Positions 27,451 through 35,034 of a stretch of 64,000 nucleotides of DNA are shown piece after piece (the first letter of the stretch is position 1; every line of letters begins with the position of its first letter). The stretch lies in the IMG/VR virus record IMGVR_UViG_3300009788_000006, positions 1 to 64,000 of that record. The stretch is one strand, 5' to 3'. The stretch comes from a virus. The translations under genes were made by a program, and so were the position numbers. The notes beneath the pieces are model-generated. The model did not search any database. It saw nothing but the letters and a program-made list of their open reading frames with translations, and was not told the origin of the DNA.

Positions 27451-28016
27451 TTCCCCATAAGGGACTCGTCAATCCCGGGGTCTGTTACGTCGATCCCGGC
27501 GAGGCTCGCGTCTTGCGCAATGCATGGCGGCGTCTTGAGCTCTTCGAGAAGACTGGGACCCTGCGGGATGCCGGGCGCCATTCCAGGATGATCCAGCCAG
27601 CGCAGCAACGTCGCACCGGGATTCGTCCCGACGATGATTTTACAGCCGAACTTGCCGCCTCCGATGCCGATCTTGGTGATCAGCGGACGAAGAGTCAGGC
27701 GGGAGACGAAATACTCCCGAAGCGCTATCCTCGCCGCCGCCCAAATCGAAACGCCGGAAGCGGCAGCATATCGGGGGTCAGACAGAAACCCATGAAGAAT
27801 TGGCCCCATGTAGGTCCAATTGGTCACTACAGCCTTTTCAAATCCGACTCCGGTCTCGTAGTTATCGCGCCAGATCTTGGCTAGAGCACTTCCAAGTTCG
27901 GTATCGGGTTCGTGGTTTGGGGGCGGCTCCACTTCGGTTGTACTGAGGGAACCTAGGTCCACGAACTCGAACGCATCCGCCAATCGATCGAAGCGGATTC
28001 CAATTGTGTCGCTCAT
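27447..28016 (-). CDS. hypothetical protein
   Basis: AAGGAG RBS; 189 aa. Confidence 0.7.
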   Translation of the reverse strand: MSDTIGIRFDRLADAFEFVDLGSLSTTEVEPPPNHEPDTELGSALAKIWRDNYETGVGFEKAVVTNWTYMGPILHGFLSDPRYAAASGVSIWAAARIALREYFVSRLTLRPLITKIGIGGGKFGCKIIVGTNPGATLLRWLDHPGMAPGIPQGPSLLEELKTPPCIAQDASLAGIDVTDPGIDESLMGK

Positions 28017-28039
28017 CGAATATCTCCTTCTAGTCTTGG

Positions 28040-28087
28040 AAAAAAGACGGCCGCCGGAACCCAGGGAGGACCAGTCCGGCGACCGGT
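28040..28087 (-). terminator. hairpin followed by U-run
   Basis: CGCCGGA...TCCGGCG stem then TCTTTTT on minus strand, after the membrane-protein gene. Confidence 0.45.
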
Positions 28088-28096
28088 TTGAGAAGC

Positions 28097-28414
28097 TTAC
28101 TTGTGGCGCGCCGCGGTGGTCATCGGCAACCGGAGCCCGACTCCCTTGCGCTTGTTCCAGATGGCTTTGGCCGCTCCACCGAGGTGCTCAATCGCCTTGT
28201 GTAGCGCGGCAGCGAACGCGCCAAGGAAAAGCGCCAGAGCCGGCGTCACGTTGTCGGCGCCGACCTGGACAAGCATCCAGTTCGCGACCAGCCCGAGCAA
28301 CGGGAGCACGACGGGAACCATCAGCGCTTTTGGGACTTTGCCGACGGCCCAGATCATGATCCAGGCGAGCACGGTGGTCAGACCGGGGATCAGTAACAGA
28401 TTGACCTGTTCCAT
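28097..28414 (-). CDS. three-TM membrane protein (holin-like)
   Basis: GAGG RBS; three hydrophobic segments, basic C-terminus. Confidence 0.7.
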   Translation of the reverse strand: MEQVNLLLIPGLTTVLAWIMIWAVGKVPKALMVPVVLPLLGLVANWMLVQVGADNVTPALALFLGAFAAALHKAIEHLGGAAKAIWNKRKGVGLRLPMTTAARHK

Positions 28415-28429
28415 TTTTTCACCTCAGAA

Positions 28430-29000
28430 GGTTAAAGCGGCTCCGGTCCACCAGCACGCCCCCGACACAACGCCGAGAGCTTCGCGGTCCATCTGAATCC
28501 AGAGCCGTCAACCAGGAGCCGGAGGAGGAACCCGCTACGACCAAGCGAGACACAACCGATGCGGATACTCCGGCCCCTGGTTCAGGGCTCGGCAATTGCA
28601 GGGAGTAGAGCCGCCAGCTGCAAGCCGGGGCGACAGGCGCCAGCCGTCGCACCATCCGACTGAGCCGGGAAGGTCTCCGGCTTGCAGCTCATGGCTCTGG
28701 TCTCGAATCTCTCGCAGCCCCCGAGGGACTTATGCACGGAATCGCCAGCTAACCTTAGACCAGCCGTTACCGATCTACTCTTCGCTGAACACGCCCCTCG
28801 ATTCCCCACCATGCTAACCGGGGCGGCCGGCTTCTCAACCGTGCCGGGGCCTGCCAAAGATTCGAGAATCCGGCTTCTCGAGGACTTCATGACAGCGACC
28901 CCTGGCTCAGCCAGGATTATGCGATCGGCCACGCCGACGTTACTCGCCATTCGTCCGGTCAAGATTGAGCTTTTGCTCCGGGGCCGGTCTCCGGAATTCC
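28430..29000 (-). ncRNA. candidate large structured ncRNA B (~570 nt)
   Basis: no credible ORF; stems 28616-28628/28677-28689 (13 bp perfect), 28510-28524/28568-28582, hairpins 28862-28881, 28901-28915, 28967-28978. Confidence 0.6.
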
Positions 29001-29003
29001 AGA

Positions 29004-29180
29004 CTATCGAAACGCCCCGAGAGGCGTGAAATCCTCCCACCGGTTCCGGTACGGGCTGTTCGGCGGATAGTCGCCGCTGATCTTTCGCGCATAGGCCGAT
29101 CTGCGACCAGGGGCGCTCATCGCGCGCTCCTTGGCGGCCTTCCGTTTTGCTCTTTCCTTCAAACGTTTCTCGCTCTTCAT
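29004..29180 (-). CDS. 58-aa Lys/Arg-rich peptide
   Basis: AAGGGAG RBS; MKSEKRLKERAKRKAAKERAMSAPGRRSAYARK...; absent from ORF track. Confidence 0.65.
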   Translation of the reverse strand: MKSEKRLKERAKRKAAKERAMSAPGRRSAYARKISGDYPPNSPYRNRWEDFTPLGAFR

Positions 29181-29189
29181 GCTGTCTCC

Positions 29190-29940
29190 CTTGGGGATTG
29201 CCGGCCCGTGCTACCGTAGCGGGCCAGCGGTGGGTCGGTTGGGAAGGAGTCACGCCCCTGGTAGCTCGGAGCGGTGAGAAGGCGAGGCCAGGCCCTTGGG
29301 GTCGCGCCTGGAAAACTACCAGGTCTCGGCGGGTCAACGAAACCGCGTGCAAGCCGCAGCAGCGAGGCACCGGATCGATCACTATGGGTAGCTCGCCGAG
29401 GTTGGGCTCGCACACTATCGCCGATGCTTGCGTCGACGATATGCCGGTCGCCCTTTCGCTTGGCGTTGCCGCCAGGCGCGCGCCCAAAGGCCCGCTATTT
29501 AGCTGGCGCTCCAGGAGGCCGCCGCCAACCCTCTCGACCGGAACGGCTGAGAGAGCACATTGCCGACGGCGGTCTGCTGCAACGTCAGAATAGTGACGGG
29601 ATTGCACCGCCCCGCGGTCTCTCACCGCTTGGCCTGGGTTACGACCAGTCCCACGGACACCTCCATCTACGTGCCGCGCGGATAAGGCGCCGTCAGCCCC
29701 GCGCGTACGCCGACCATTGCTCCACCAGGGCGATTTGCCGCTGTCGGTCCTGGTTTCATCGCCTTCACAACGGGCCGCCAGCCTACCGGAGCTTACGCTT
29801 GATCGGTGGTCTCCTCCGGCTCTACCACTCAGCAATGCCAGGCTGTACGGCGACCCTTTCACGCAATGACGCTCCACGCGACCGCCGCTGGCAGGGAGGC
29901 TTTTCCCATGCAATCCGCGGCGGTCGCGTGCAACGTCAGT
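29190..29940 (-). ncRNA. candidate large structured ncRNA A (~750 nt)
   Basis: near-continuous stems; several closed by GNRA loops on the minus strand (GUAA, GAGA, GCAA); 22-bp stem 29867-29888/29917-29938. Confidence 0.7.
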
Positions 29941-30150
29941 CATGCCGCCGCCCAATCGATTGGATTCGTGCGGGCTGGTGTGTAGGCTCCAGTCTAGCGA
30001 CCCCTCGCTCCCACAGGGAACGTCGCAAGCCTCCCAGTCAGCCTCGGGGCTTTCGAAGGTACAAGTCTTGCCGAGGTCCGGCGGTGACCCATCAAGTGCC
30101 GCTATTCCGTCGACGCGAATCACGGCCGCTACGTGTGTCCAGATACTCAC
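29940..30150 (-). pseudogene. N-terminal part of a phage protein (WTHV...PCGSEGSL) running into the structured region
   Basis: first ~65 aa protein-like and coupled by GTGA; the rest of the 522-aa ORF is low-quality R/G/S/P sequence. Confidence 0.45.
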
Positions 30151-30488
30151 GGGTCAACTTCTTCATCTGGTTCTGGGGCAGGCCCGAGAACACTGACTCG
30201 GTCGCCGGGCTTCAGCACGCACTCAGGGCATGGAATCAACGTATCGAATTGGCGATCCGGATCCCGGACGATGAATAAGAAACCGCACTGAGGACACTTC
30301 TTCTTTCTTGTGGGCCGCTGCGGGAATTCGGCGCGCGTCTCCCACCCCAGATCCGCAATCACGAGCCCCCGGACGTAGGCCGAGAACGTCATCTCTCTGA
30401 CCCGGGCCTCTCTCTGTGCATTGCGCAGAATACCGCTCGGCATACTGACGCTGGTCTTGACCGCGGGTCCGTTGGGGTTCGTCGCCAT
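30147..30488 (-). CDS. ribbon-helix-helix regulator with C-terminal zinc ribbon, leaderless
   Basis: KTSVSMP...MTFSAYVRGLV; CPQC...CPEC; TTGACA at 30520-30525. Confidence 0.75.
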   Translation of the reverse strand: MATNPNGPAVKTSVSMPSGILRNAQREARVREMTFSAYVRGLVIADLGWETRAEFPQRPTRKKKCPQCGFLFIVRDPDRQFDTLIPCPECVLKPGDRVSVLGPAPEPDEEVDP

Positions 30489-30577
30489 GCCCTGTATCTT
30501 TTCACACCGCGGGCCGGGGTGTCAAGAACTATTTTCACACCTTCGCCCGTTCTGCCCGTGTGCTACCATCGCCACCC

Positions 30578-31018
30578 ATGGCGGACGATCCCATCCAGAT
30601 AGCACTCCTCGAAGAAGTCAGGAAGCTCATCGAAGCAAAGTTCGCGGCGTCCCAGGCCGCCTCGGAAGCGGCAGTGGAAGCTTCCGAGAACGCTACGACC
30701 GCCGTGGCCGTGATGGGCAAGCAAATCCAAGGCGAGCTCCACGAGCTATCAGACCGGCTTCTGGAGCTTCTCGCGATGATCCGGGAAGACAGGGCACGGG
30801 AGGGAGCGTCAGCTTCGGGTATCGAGGCCATCGCGACTGCCTTCAAAGCCGCCGGCGCCGACCGCGAGAGAATCGGCAAGATCGAAGGCCGCCTCGACGG
30901 CGAGACGCTCCGCTTAGACGGACGCATCGGCAAGCAAGCGATACAGTTGGTAATCATCTGGGGCTTTATCGTCATCTTGGGGCTCAGGGTAGCTGCCGAA
31001 ATCCTGGGAATTCCCTAA
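30578..31018 (+). CDS. coiled-coil protein with C-terminal TM
   Basis: TGC-TACCAT 8 nt before ATG; C-terminal LVIIWGFIVILG. Confidence 0.65.
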   Translation: MADDPIQIALLEEVRKLIEAKFAASQAASEAAVEASENATTAVAVMGKQIQGELHELSDRLLELLAMIREDRAREGASASGIEAIATAFKAAGADRERIGKIEGRLDGETLRLDGRIGKQAIQLVIIWGFIVILGLRVAAEILGIP

Positions 31019-31072
31019 CCTTAGTCCTTTTCGCTTGCGGCCCGGGCAAGCATTCTGCTAAGATTCCCGCCC

Positions 31073-31288
31073 ATGAAAAGGGACAGGGCGGCCGAGTACT
31101 TCAGCGGGCTTCGAGCTCACCTAGAAGAGTACCGAAGTCGCTACTCCGAGCAGAATGGAGAGATAGCTGCCGCGCTTGACCGGCTCCAAGAGATCCAGAG
31201 CCAGCACGGTACGGCCTCCACACCTGAGGACCGCCACCAGGTCCACGAGAGTCTGCGCTGTTTCATCGCGTGGCTTGAAGGGCTATAG
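31073..31288 (+). CDS. hypothetical protein
   Basis: TGC-TAAGAT 8 nt before ATG. Confidence 0.6.
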   Translation: MKRDRAAEYFSGLRAHLEEYRSRYSEQNGEIAAALDRLQEIQSQHGTASTPEDRHQVHESLRCFIAWLEGL

Positions 31289-31308
31289 CGCGGACTCCCA
31301 GCACCAGG

Positions 31309-31797
31309 ATGGACGCCGAGGGCTTCAGGGTTGCGCGCCAGCACCGGCGCGGTCAGAATCGTCAGGTGCCTATTGAGTTCAAAATCATCACCGCCGTTCT
31401 CGCACTTGGCGCCGGCCTCAGTCTCACCTCCTGGCCGTGGTCCTGGACTCGCTGGCTGTGGTCGGCCACCTGTATCTGTGCGGCGCTGACCTTCGCTCGG
31501 CCGGTGATCGAGGCGCTTGGCGGTGTCGACCCGGTCATCCCGCGCTGGGCTCTGCTGGTGCTCGGCCCCGCGTCTATCGCGACACTGCTCGACATCTGGC
31601 GCCGGACATCTCGACGGCTGCCGCGCCGCCTGACACTTGCTGCCGCTGCGGCGCTCAGCTGCGCCCTTGTGGCCTGGCCGTTGTACGCCGTGGCGCCGAA
31701 GACGGCGGCCGTGCTGTGCTATCTGCCGCTCTGGGTTCTCTTCGGGTCCGTGATACGGTGGAGGCTCATCCCACCAAAGGAGAAAGTCCATGCCTGA
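31309..31797 (+). CDS. multi-pass membrane protein
   Basis: about five hydrophobic segments. Confidence 0.6.
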   Translation: MDAEGFRVARQHRRGQNRQVPIEFKIITAVLALGAGLSLTSWPWSWTRWLWSATCICAALTFARPVIEALGGVDPVIPRWALLVLGPASIATLLDIWRRTSRRLPRRLTLAAAAALSCALVAWPLYAVAPKTAAVLCYLPLWVLFGSVIRWRLIPPKEKVHA

Positions 31798-32200
31798 CCC
31801 CGCCTTTTACGCCGCCGCCCTTATCGATCGCATCGAGGCCCGCGGAGTCAACGTCGACGTCCCCGCCCAGGACCTTATCTTCGGCTACGCCACCACGCTC
31901 CACGCCGAGCTCGAGGAGCACTGGGACGGCGCGTCCGGCAAGGCGGTCCGTGCCGGGATCGACGACTACGCCTGGCTCCCCGCTGTCACCGCCCGGCAGG
32001 TCTTCGAGTTCTTTTTGATGATGGGCGCCAAGTCGGAGCGGCTGCGCCAAGCCGAGCTCGCGTCGGCCCTCTCTCAGCACCGAGACGAGGTGGCGAGACT
32101 CGAGGAAGGCGGGAATGATCTCGGGGTGCTCGAGCAGCTAGCCGCGACTATCACCGCAGTGGGTCCGACGGGGCTCTGCTTTTCCGACCCCGGTCCCTGA
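31790..32200 (+). CDS. hypothetical protein
   Basis: AAGGAG RBS. Confidence 0.7.
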   Translation: MPDPAFYAAALIDRIEARGVNVDVPAQDLIFGYATTLHAELEEHWDGASGKAVRAGIDDYAWLPAVTARQVFEFFLMMGAKSERLRQAELASALSQHRDEVARLEEGGNDLGVLEQLAATITAVGPTGLCFSDPGP

Positions 32201-32208
32201 CCACTTCA

Positions 32209-32284
32209 GCTCCGATAGCTCAGCCGGAAGAGCGGCTGCCTCGTAAGCAGCGGGTCGGCGGTTCGAATCCGTCTCGGAGCTCCA
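32209..32284 (+). tRNA. trnT: tRNA-Thr(CGT)
   Basis: full cloverleaf GCTCCGA/TCGGAGC, anticodon arm GCTGC-CTCGTAA-GCAGC, TTCGAAT loop, encoded CCA. Confidence 0.95.
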
Positions 32285-32293
32285 GGATTATAG

Positions 32294-32524
32294 TCAAGGG
32301 CGGGCCGTCCTTGGCCTGCGGATCGAAACAACCCGGCCGGTACGGTACGCCTCGAACGTGTCGCGGGCGATTCTCATCGCTTCGTCGAGCATGTCCATCT
32401 CTTCGTGGCTGGCACTCGGGGCGACTTGAGCTACCGACCGGCCTACTGCTGAGCACTCTCCAGGGGTCTTCGCTCGCTTCGCTTGGGCGAGAACTAATTC
32501 GGCCTTGCTGCTAGGCGTAGACAT
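32294..32524 (-). CDS. hypothetical protein
   Basis: coupled minus-strand ORF. Confidence 0.5.
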   Translation of the reverse strand: MSTPSSKAELVLAQAKRAKTPGECSAVGRSVAQVAPSASHEEMDMLDEAMRIARDTFEAYRTGRVVSIRRPRTARP

Positions 32525-32798
32525 CTTCGTCCATGACCCCGGCGAGCGTCGAGCTCATCCCTGACCCCGGCGGTGGAACTGGCGCGGCGCGCATCCGCAA
32601 CAGATCGCCCATCAGGTTGGCCGGCAGACCCTCCGACGCGCGGACCTGGTTGCCGTCCTGGTCGACGGCCGGCTTCTCGGTGCGGTAGCAGTCGAGGGCG
32701 CCGCAGAAGAGCCCGGTCCCCGTCCAGAGCCGCGACTGCCGGGAGTGGCAGAATGGGCAGAACGGGTGCATCAGGGCGAAGATCTCGAAGTGGCTCAC
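32511..32798 (-). CDS. small zinc-binding protein
   Basis: GTGA coupling; CPFC...CGALDC. Confidence 0.55.
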   Translation of the reverse strand: MSHFEIFALMHPFCPFCHSRQSRLWTGTGLFCGALDCYRTEKPAVDQDGNQVRASEGLPANLMGDLLRMRAAPVPPPGSGMSSTLAGVMDEDVYA

Positions 32799-33340
32799 GG
32801 CGTCACCTTCGCTGTTCTCTTTTCGTAATCGGCAACACAGCACCAGCCGCCCACCGGCTGACCGAAGCCTCTCCCGCAGACTCCGAGCCGCAAACCCGGC
32901 TGTAGTGACGGATCATCTTCCGCGTTCGTCACCCGCGTCTCGGCCCACCAGCGGCAGCTTTCGCAGTTCTCGATCGCCTTCGCGGAACCACCATGCGCTC
33001 GCCCCGCCTGTCGCTCGATCCATCCAAGGAAGTCTCGGACGCCCTTCCGCCATTGCGGCCCGTGGGCTATATCTCTCTGGTTCACAAGGCTCCAGCCTTC
33101 TTCGAGGACCCGTTCAACGGTTAGGCCCGGACTCGCGCCCCGGCCCTGCTGGATCTGATCGAGAGCTTGCTCCGCCTTTCTCCCAATTTCGTGGGCGACT
33201 GGCGCCAGCACGGAGCTCCTCAAGATGCTGAGCGCTGACCGAACGATCTCGAACGACACGGCGACCTCGGTAGCATCTTCAGCGGCGGCGGTCCGCCGCG
33301 CGATCGCGTCGAGCTCCTGCCGGGACATCTTGGTCTTCAC
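32795..33340 (-). CDS. hypothetical protein, Cys-rich C-terminus
   Basis: GGAGG RBS; CESCRWW...C...WCC. Confidence 0.6.
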   Translation of the reverse strand: MKTKMSRQELDAIARRTAAAEDATEVAVSFEIVRSALSILRSSVLAPVAHEIGRKAEQALDQIQQGRGASPGLTVERVLEEGWSLVNQRDIAHGPQWRKGVRDFLGWIERQAGRAHGGSAKAIENCESCRWWAETRVTNAEDDPSLQPGLRLGVCGRGFGQPVGGWCCVADYEKRTAKVTP

Positions 33341-33702
33341 TCCGCTACCTCCGTTTCGGTTTCAAGCTCGAGCTCCACAAGACGGCCTCCGCAGAACGGG
33401 CAGAACTTCATCCCGTTCTCGGTCGGCGTCTTTCCGTCGATGATGCTATAGGCATCGCCGCAGCCGGTGTCCCAGCCTAAGTCGTCATCGTCGCCCATGC
33501 GGTTCCACTTGCAGACGGGCCGGCTGCCCTTGTCGAGCAGACGCCGCAAAGCTACGCCCTGGGTCTTTAGCCGTTCCGAGCGGGGCTCGGTGATCTCCTC
33601 GGGGTCGAGCCAAGCTTCGCGGATCAGGGTCGCTGCCGCCCCCATCACAGCGCGGTACATGGCGGCGGACCCCCCGAGCTCTGGTACTGGAATCGTGTTC
33701 AT
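33337..33702 (-). CDS. phage protein with FCPFCG motif
   Basis: CKW...WDTGCG...MKFCPFCGG. Confidence 0.7.
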   Translation of the reverse strand: MNTIPVPELGGSAAMYRAVMGAAATLIREAWLDPEEITEPRSERLKTQGVALRRLLDKGSRPVCKWNRMGDDDDLGWDTGCGDAYSIIDGKTPTENGMKFCPFCGGRLVELELETETEVAE

Positions 33703-33902
33703 GGCATGGTCCCCTTCGAGGACGGGGCGGGGTCGCCGAGTCCTTTGAGAAGCTGGTTGAATTCCTCCACCTCTGCGGCTCGTTTCTCGCGCATCTCGTA
33801 GCTTTCCAAGATGTCCACAACCACCGGAGTTTCACAAACCGCGCAGAGCGTTCCGAGCTTCTTGGCGTTGTACAGAAGCCGCAGCCAGGGCAAGCCGTAC
33901 AT
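33699..33902 (-). CDS. hypothetical protein
   Basis: ATGA coupling; CAVC. Confidence 0.5.
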   Translation of the reverse strand: MYGLPWLRLLYNAKKLGTLCAVCETPVVVDILESYEMREKRAAEVEEFNQLLKGLGDPAPSSKGTMP

Positions 33903-34020
33903 AATTTCATTACGGCGCCACCTCCGCCTCTTTGTCCCGGATCTTGATCGTAGTGGTTTCACCGACCAGAATGGTAATCCGTGCATCGATCTTCATCTAA
34001 TGGCATGAGCAAGAGGGGAC

Positions 34021-35034
34021 CTATCCGGCTGCCGTTTCCCAGATGTCACACTGTCGGTTCTCATCATCGACGAACTTGTTCTCAGCAGCAGCCTGGACGT
34101 AGATTTCCGACTGGTCGTAATAGCCCGGCTTGAGCTCCCAACCCATCCCGATGCGACCGAGAGATACCGCAGAATATGGCACGGAGCCAACACCGTGAAA
34201 CGGGTCAACCACGATCTCCCCAGGGTTGGTTTTCAACTGGATGGCGCGCTCGCACACGTCGAGCGGAAGCGGGTGCGGGTGAGCCGGGCTGGCGCCGCTG
34301 AAGGTCTCATCGTCCGGATCGGTGTATTTCGGCAGGCAGCGATCATAGCGGATATCTCTCCAGTCTCCGGCCGCGTACCTCTGCCAGATCCATTGTGAGT
34401 AATCATTGTAGATCTGGTTGCCTTCCATGCCCTGGCGAGCCAGAAGCTCGGCGGGAATCTTCTCTGACCCTGAATAGTTGAGCAACCCGGTAGGATGTTC
34501 GACTGGCACCGGATTCTCTCCGGGTTTCCGGAATACTAGCACCTGGTCGCACACAGCGACGCCAGCCGCTGCGCTGTCCTCGCAAAGGTTCTTGTGGAAT
34601 AGAGCCTTGACCATCGTGGCGTTACGGACGACAAGGGCGTTGCGCCAGATGACATGTCGGCCGCCGTAGATCCATCCGACCCGTTGATATAAGCGGATGA
34701 TGTCGCCGGGAAAGTCAGTGTACGTGTCGGCTCCGCTATTATCGTTGACGATGTCGCAGCAGTGTGGCATAGACACGCGGCCCGGCATAGTGATCCGGAA
34801 CATCTCCTGAACAAAATACTCGAAGTGCTCAAAGAACTCCTTGTAGTTGGCTGAGTTAGAGAGGTCCCGCGGATCACTGCCGTAGTGATACAGTGCGCCC
34901 CGCCCCTCGCTGGCGAACGGTGAAGAGTAATGAGTGAAATGGACGGACTTGTCTGGAAGGTCTTTCATGCCCTCAACAGCGTCGCCGCAGTAAAGGGCGA
35001 ACTTGTCAGTGACGAGCTGCTTTGCTACAGCCAT
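34021..35034 (-). CDS. amino-DNA methyltransferase (N4-C/N6-A, beta class)
   Basis: motif IV-like YSSPF, HPHPLP, motif I VVDPFHGVGS, GWELK. Confidence 0.9.
   Translation of the reverse strand: MAVAKQLVTDKFALYCGDAVEGMKDLPDKSVHFTHYSSPFASEGRGALYHYGSDPRDLSNSANYKEFFEHFEYFVQEMFRITMPGRVSMPHCCDIVNDNSGADTYTDFPGDIIRLYQRVGWIYGGRHVIWRNALVVRNATMVKALFHKNLCEDSAAAGVAVCDQVLVFRKPGENPVPVEHPTGLLNYSGSEKIPAELLARQGMEGNQIYNDYSQWIWQRYAAGDWRDIRYDRCLPKYTDPDDETFSGASPAHPHPLPLDVCERAIQLKTNPGEIVVDPFHGVGSVPYSAVSLGRIGMGWELKPGYYDQSEIYVQAAAENKFVDDENRQCDIWETAAG

Noticed and set aside
28430-29940. Group I/II intron, RNase P RNA or tmRNA identity for the structured blocks
   Set aside because: No GUGYG start or domain V, no paired P7 R/S elements, no GAGGAAAGUCC, no tRNA-like ends seen; a divergent member cannot be excluded without cmscan
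29274-30278. 334-aa plus-strand ORF
   Set aside because: Arg/Pro/Gly-rich junk composition, no RBS, antisense to genes and to the GNRA-bearing strand
32209-32284. tRNA-Thr as a prophage attachment site
   Set aside because: Phage-type genes on both sides, no duplicated 3' end and no integrase in the window
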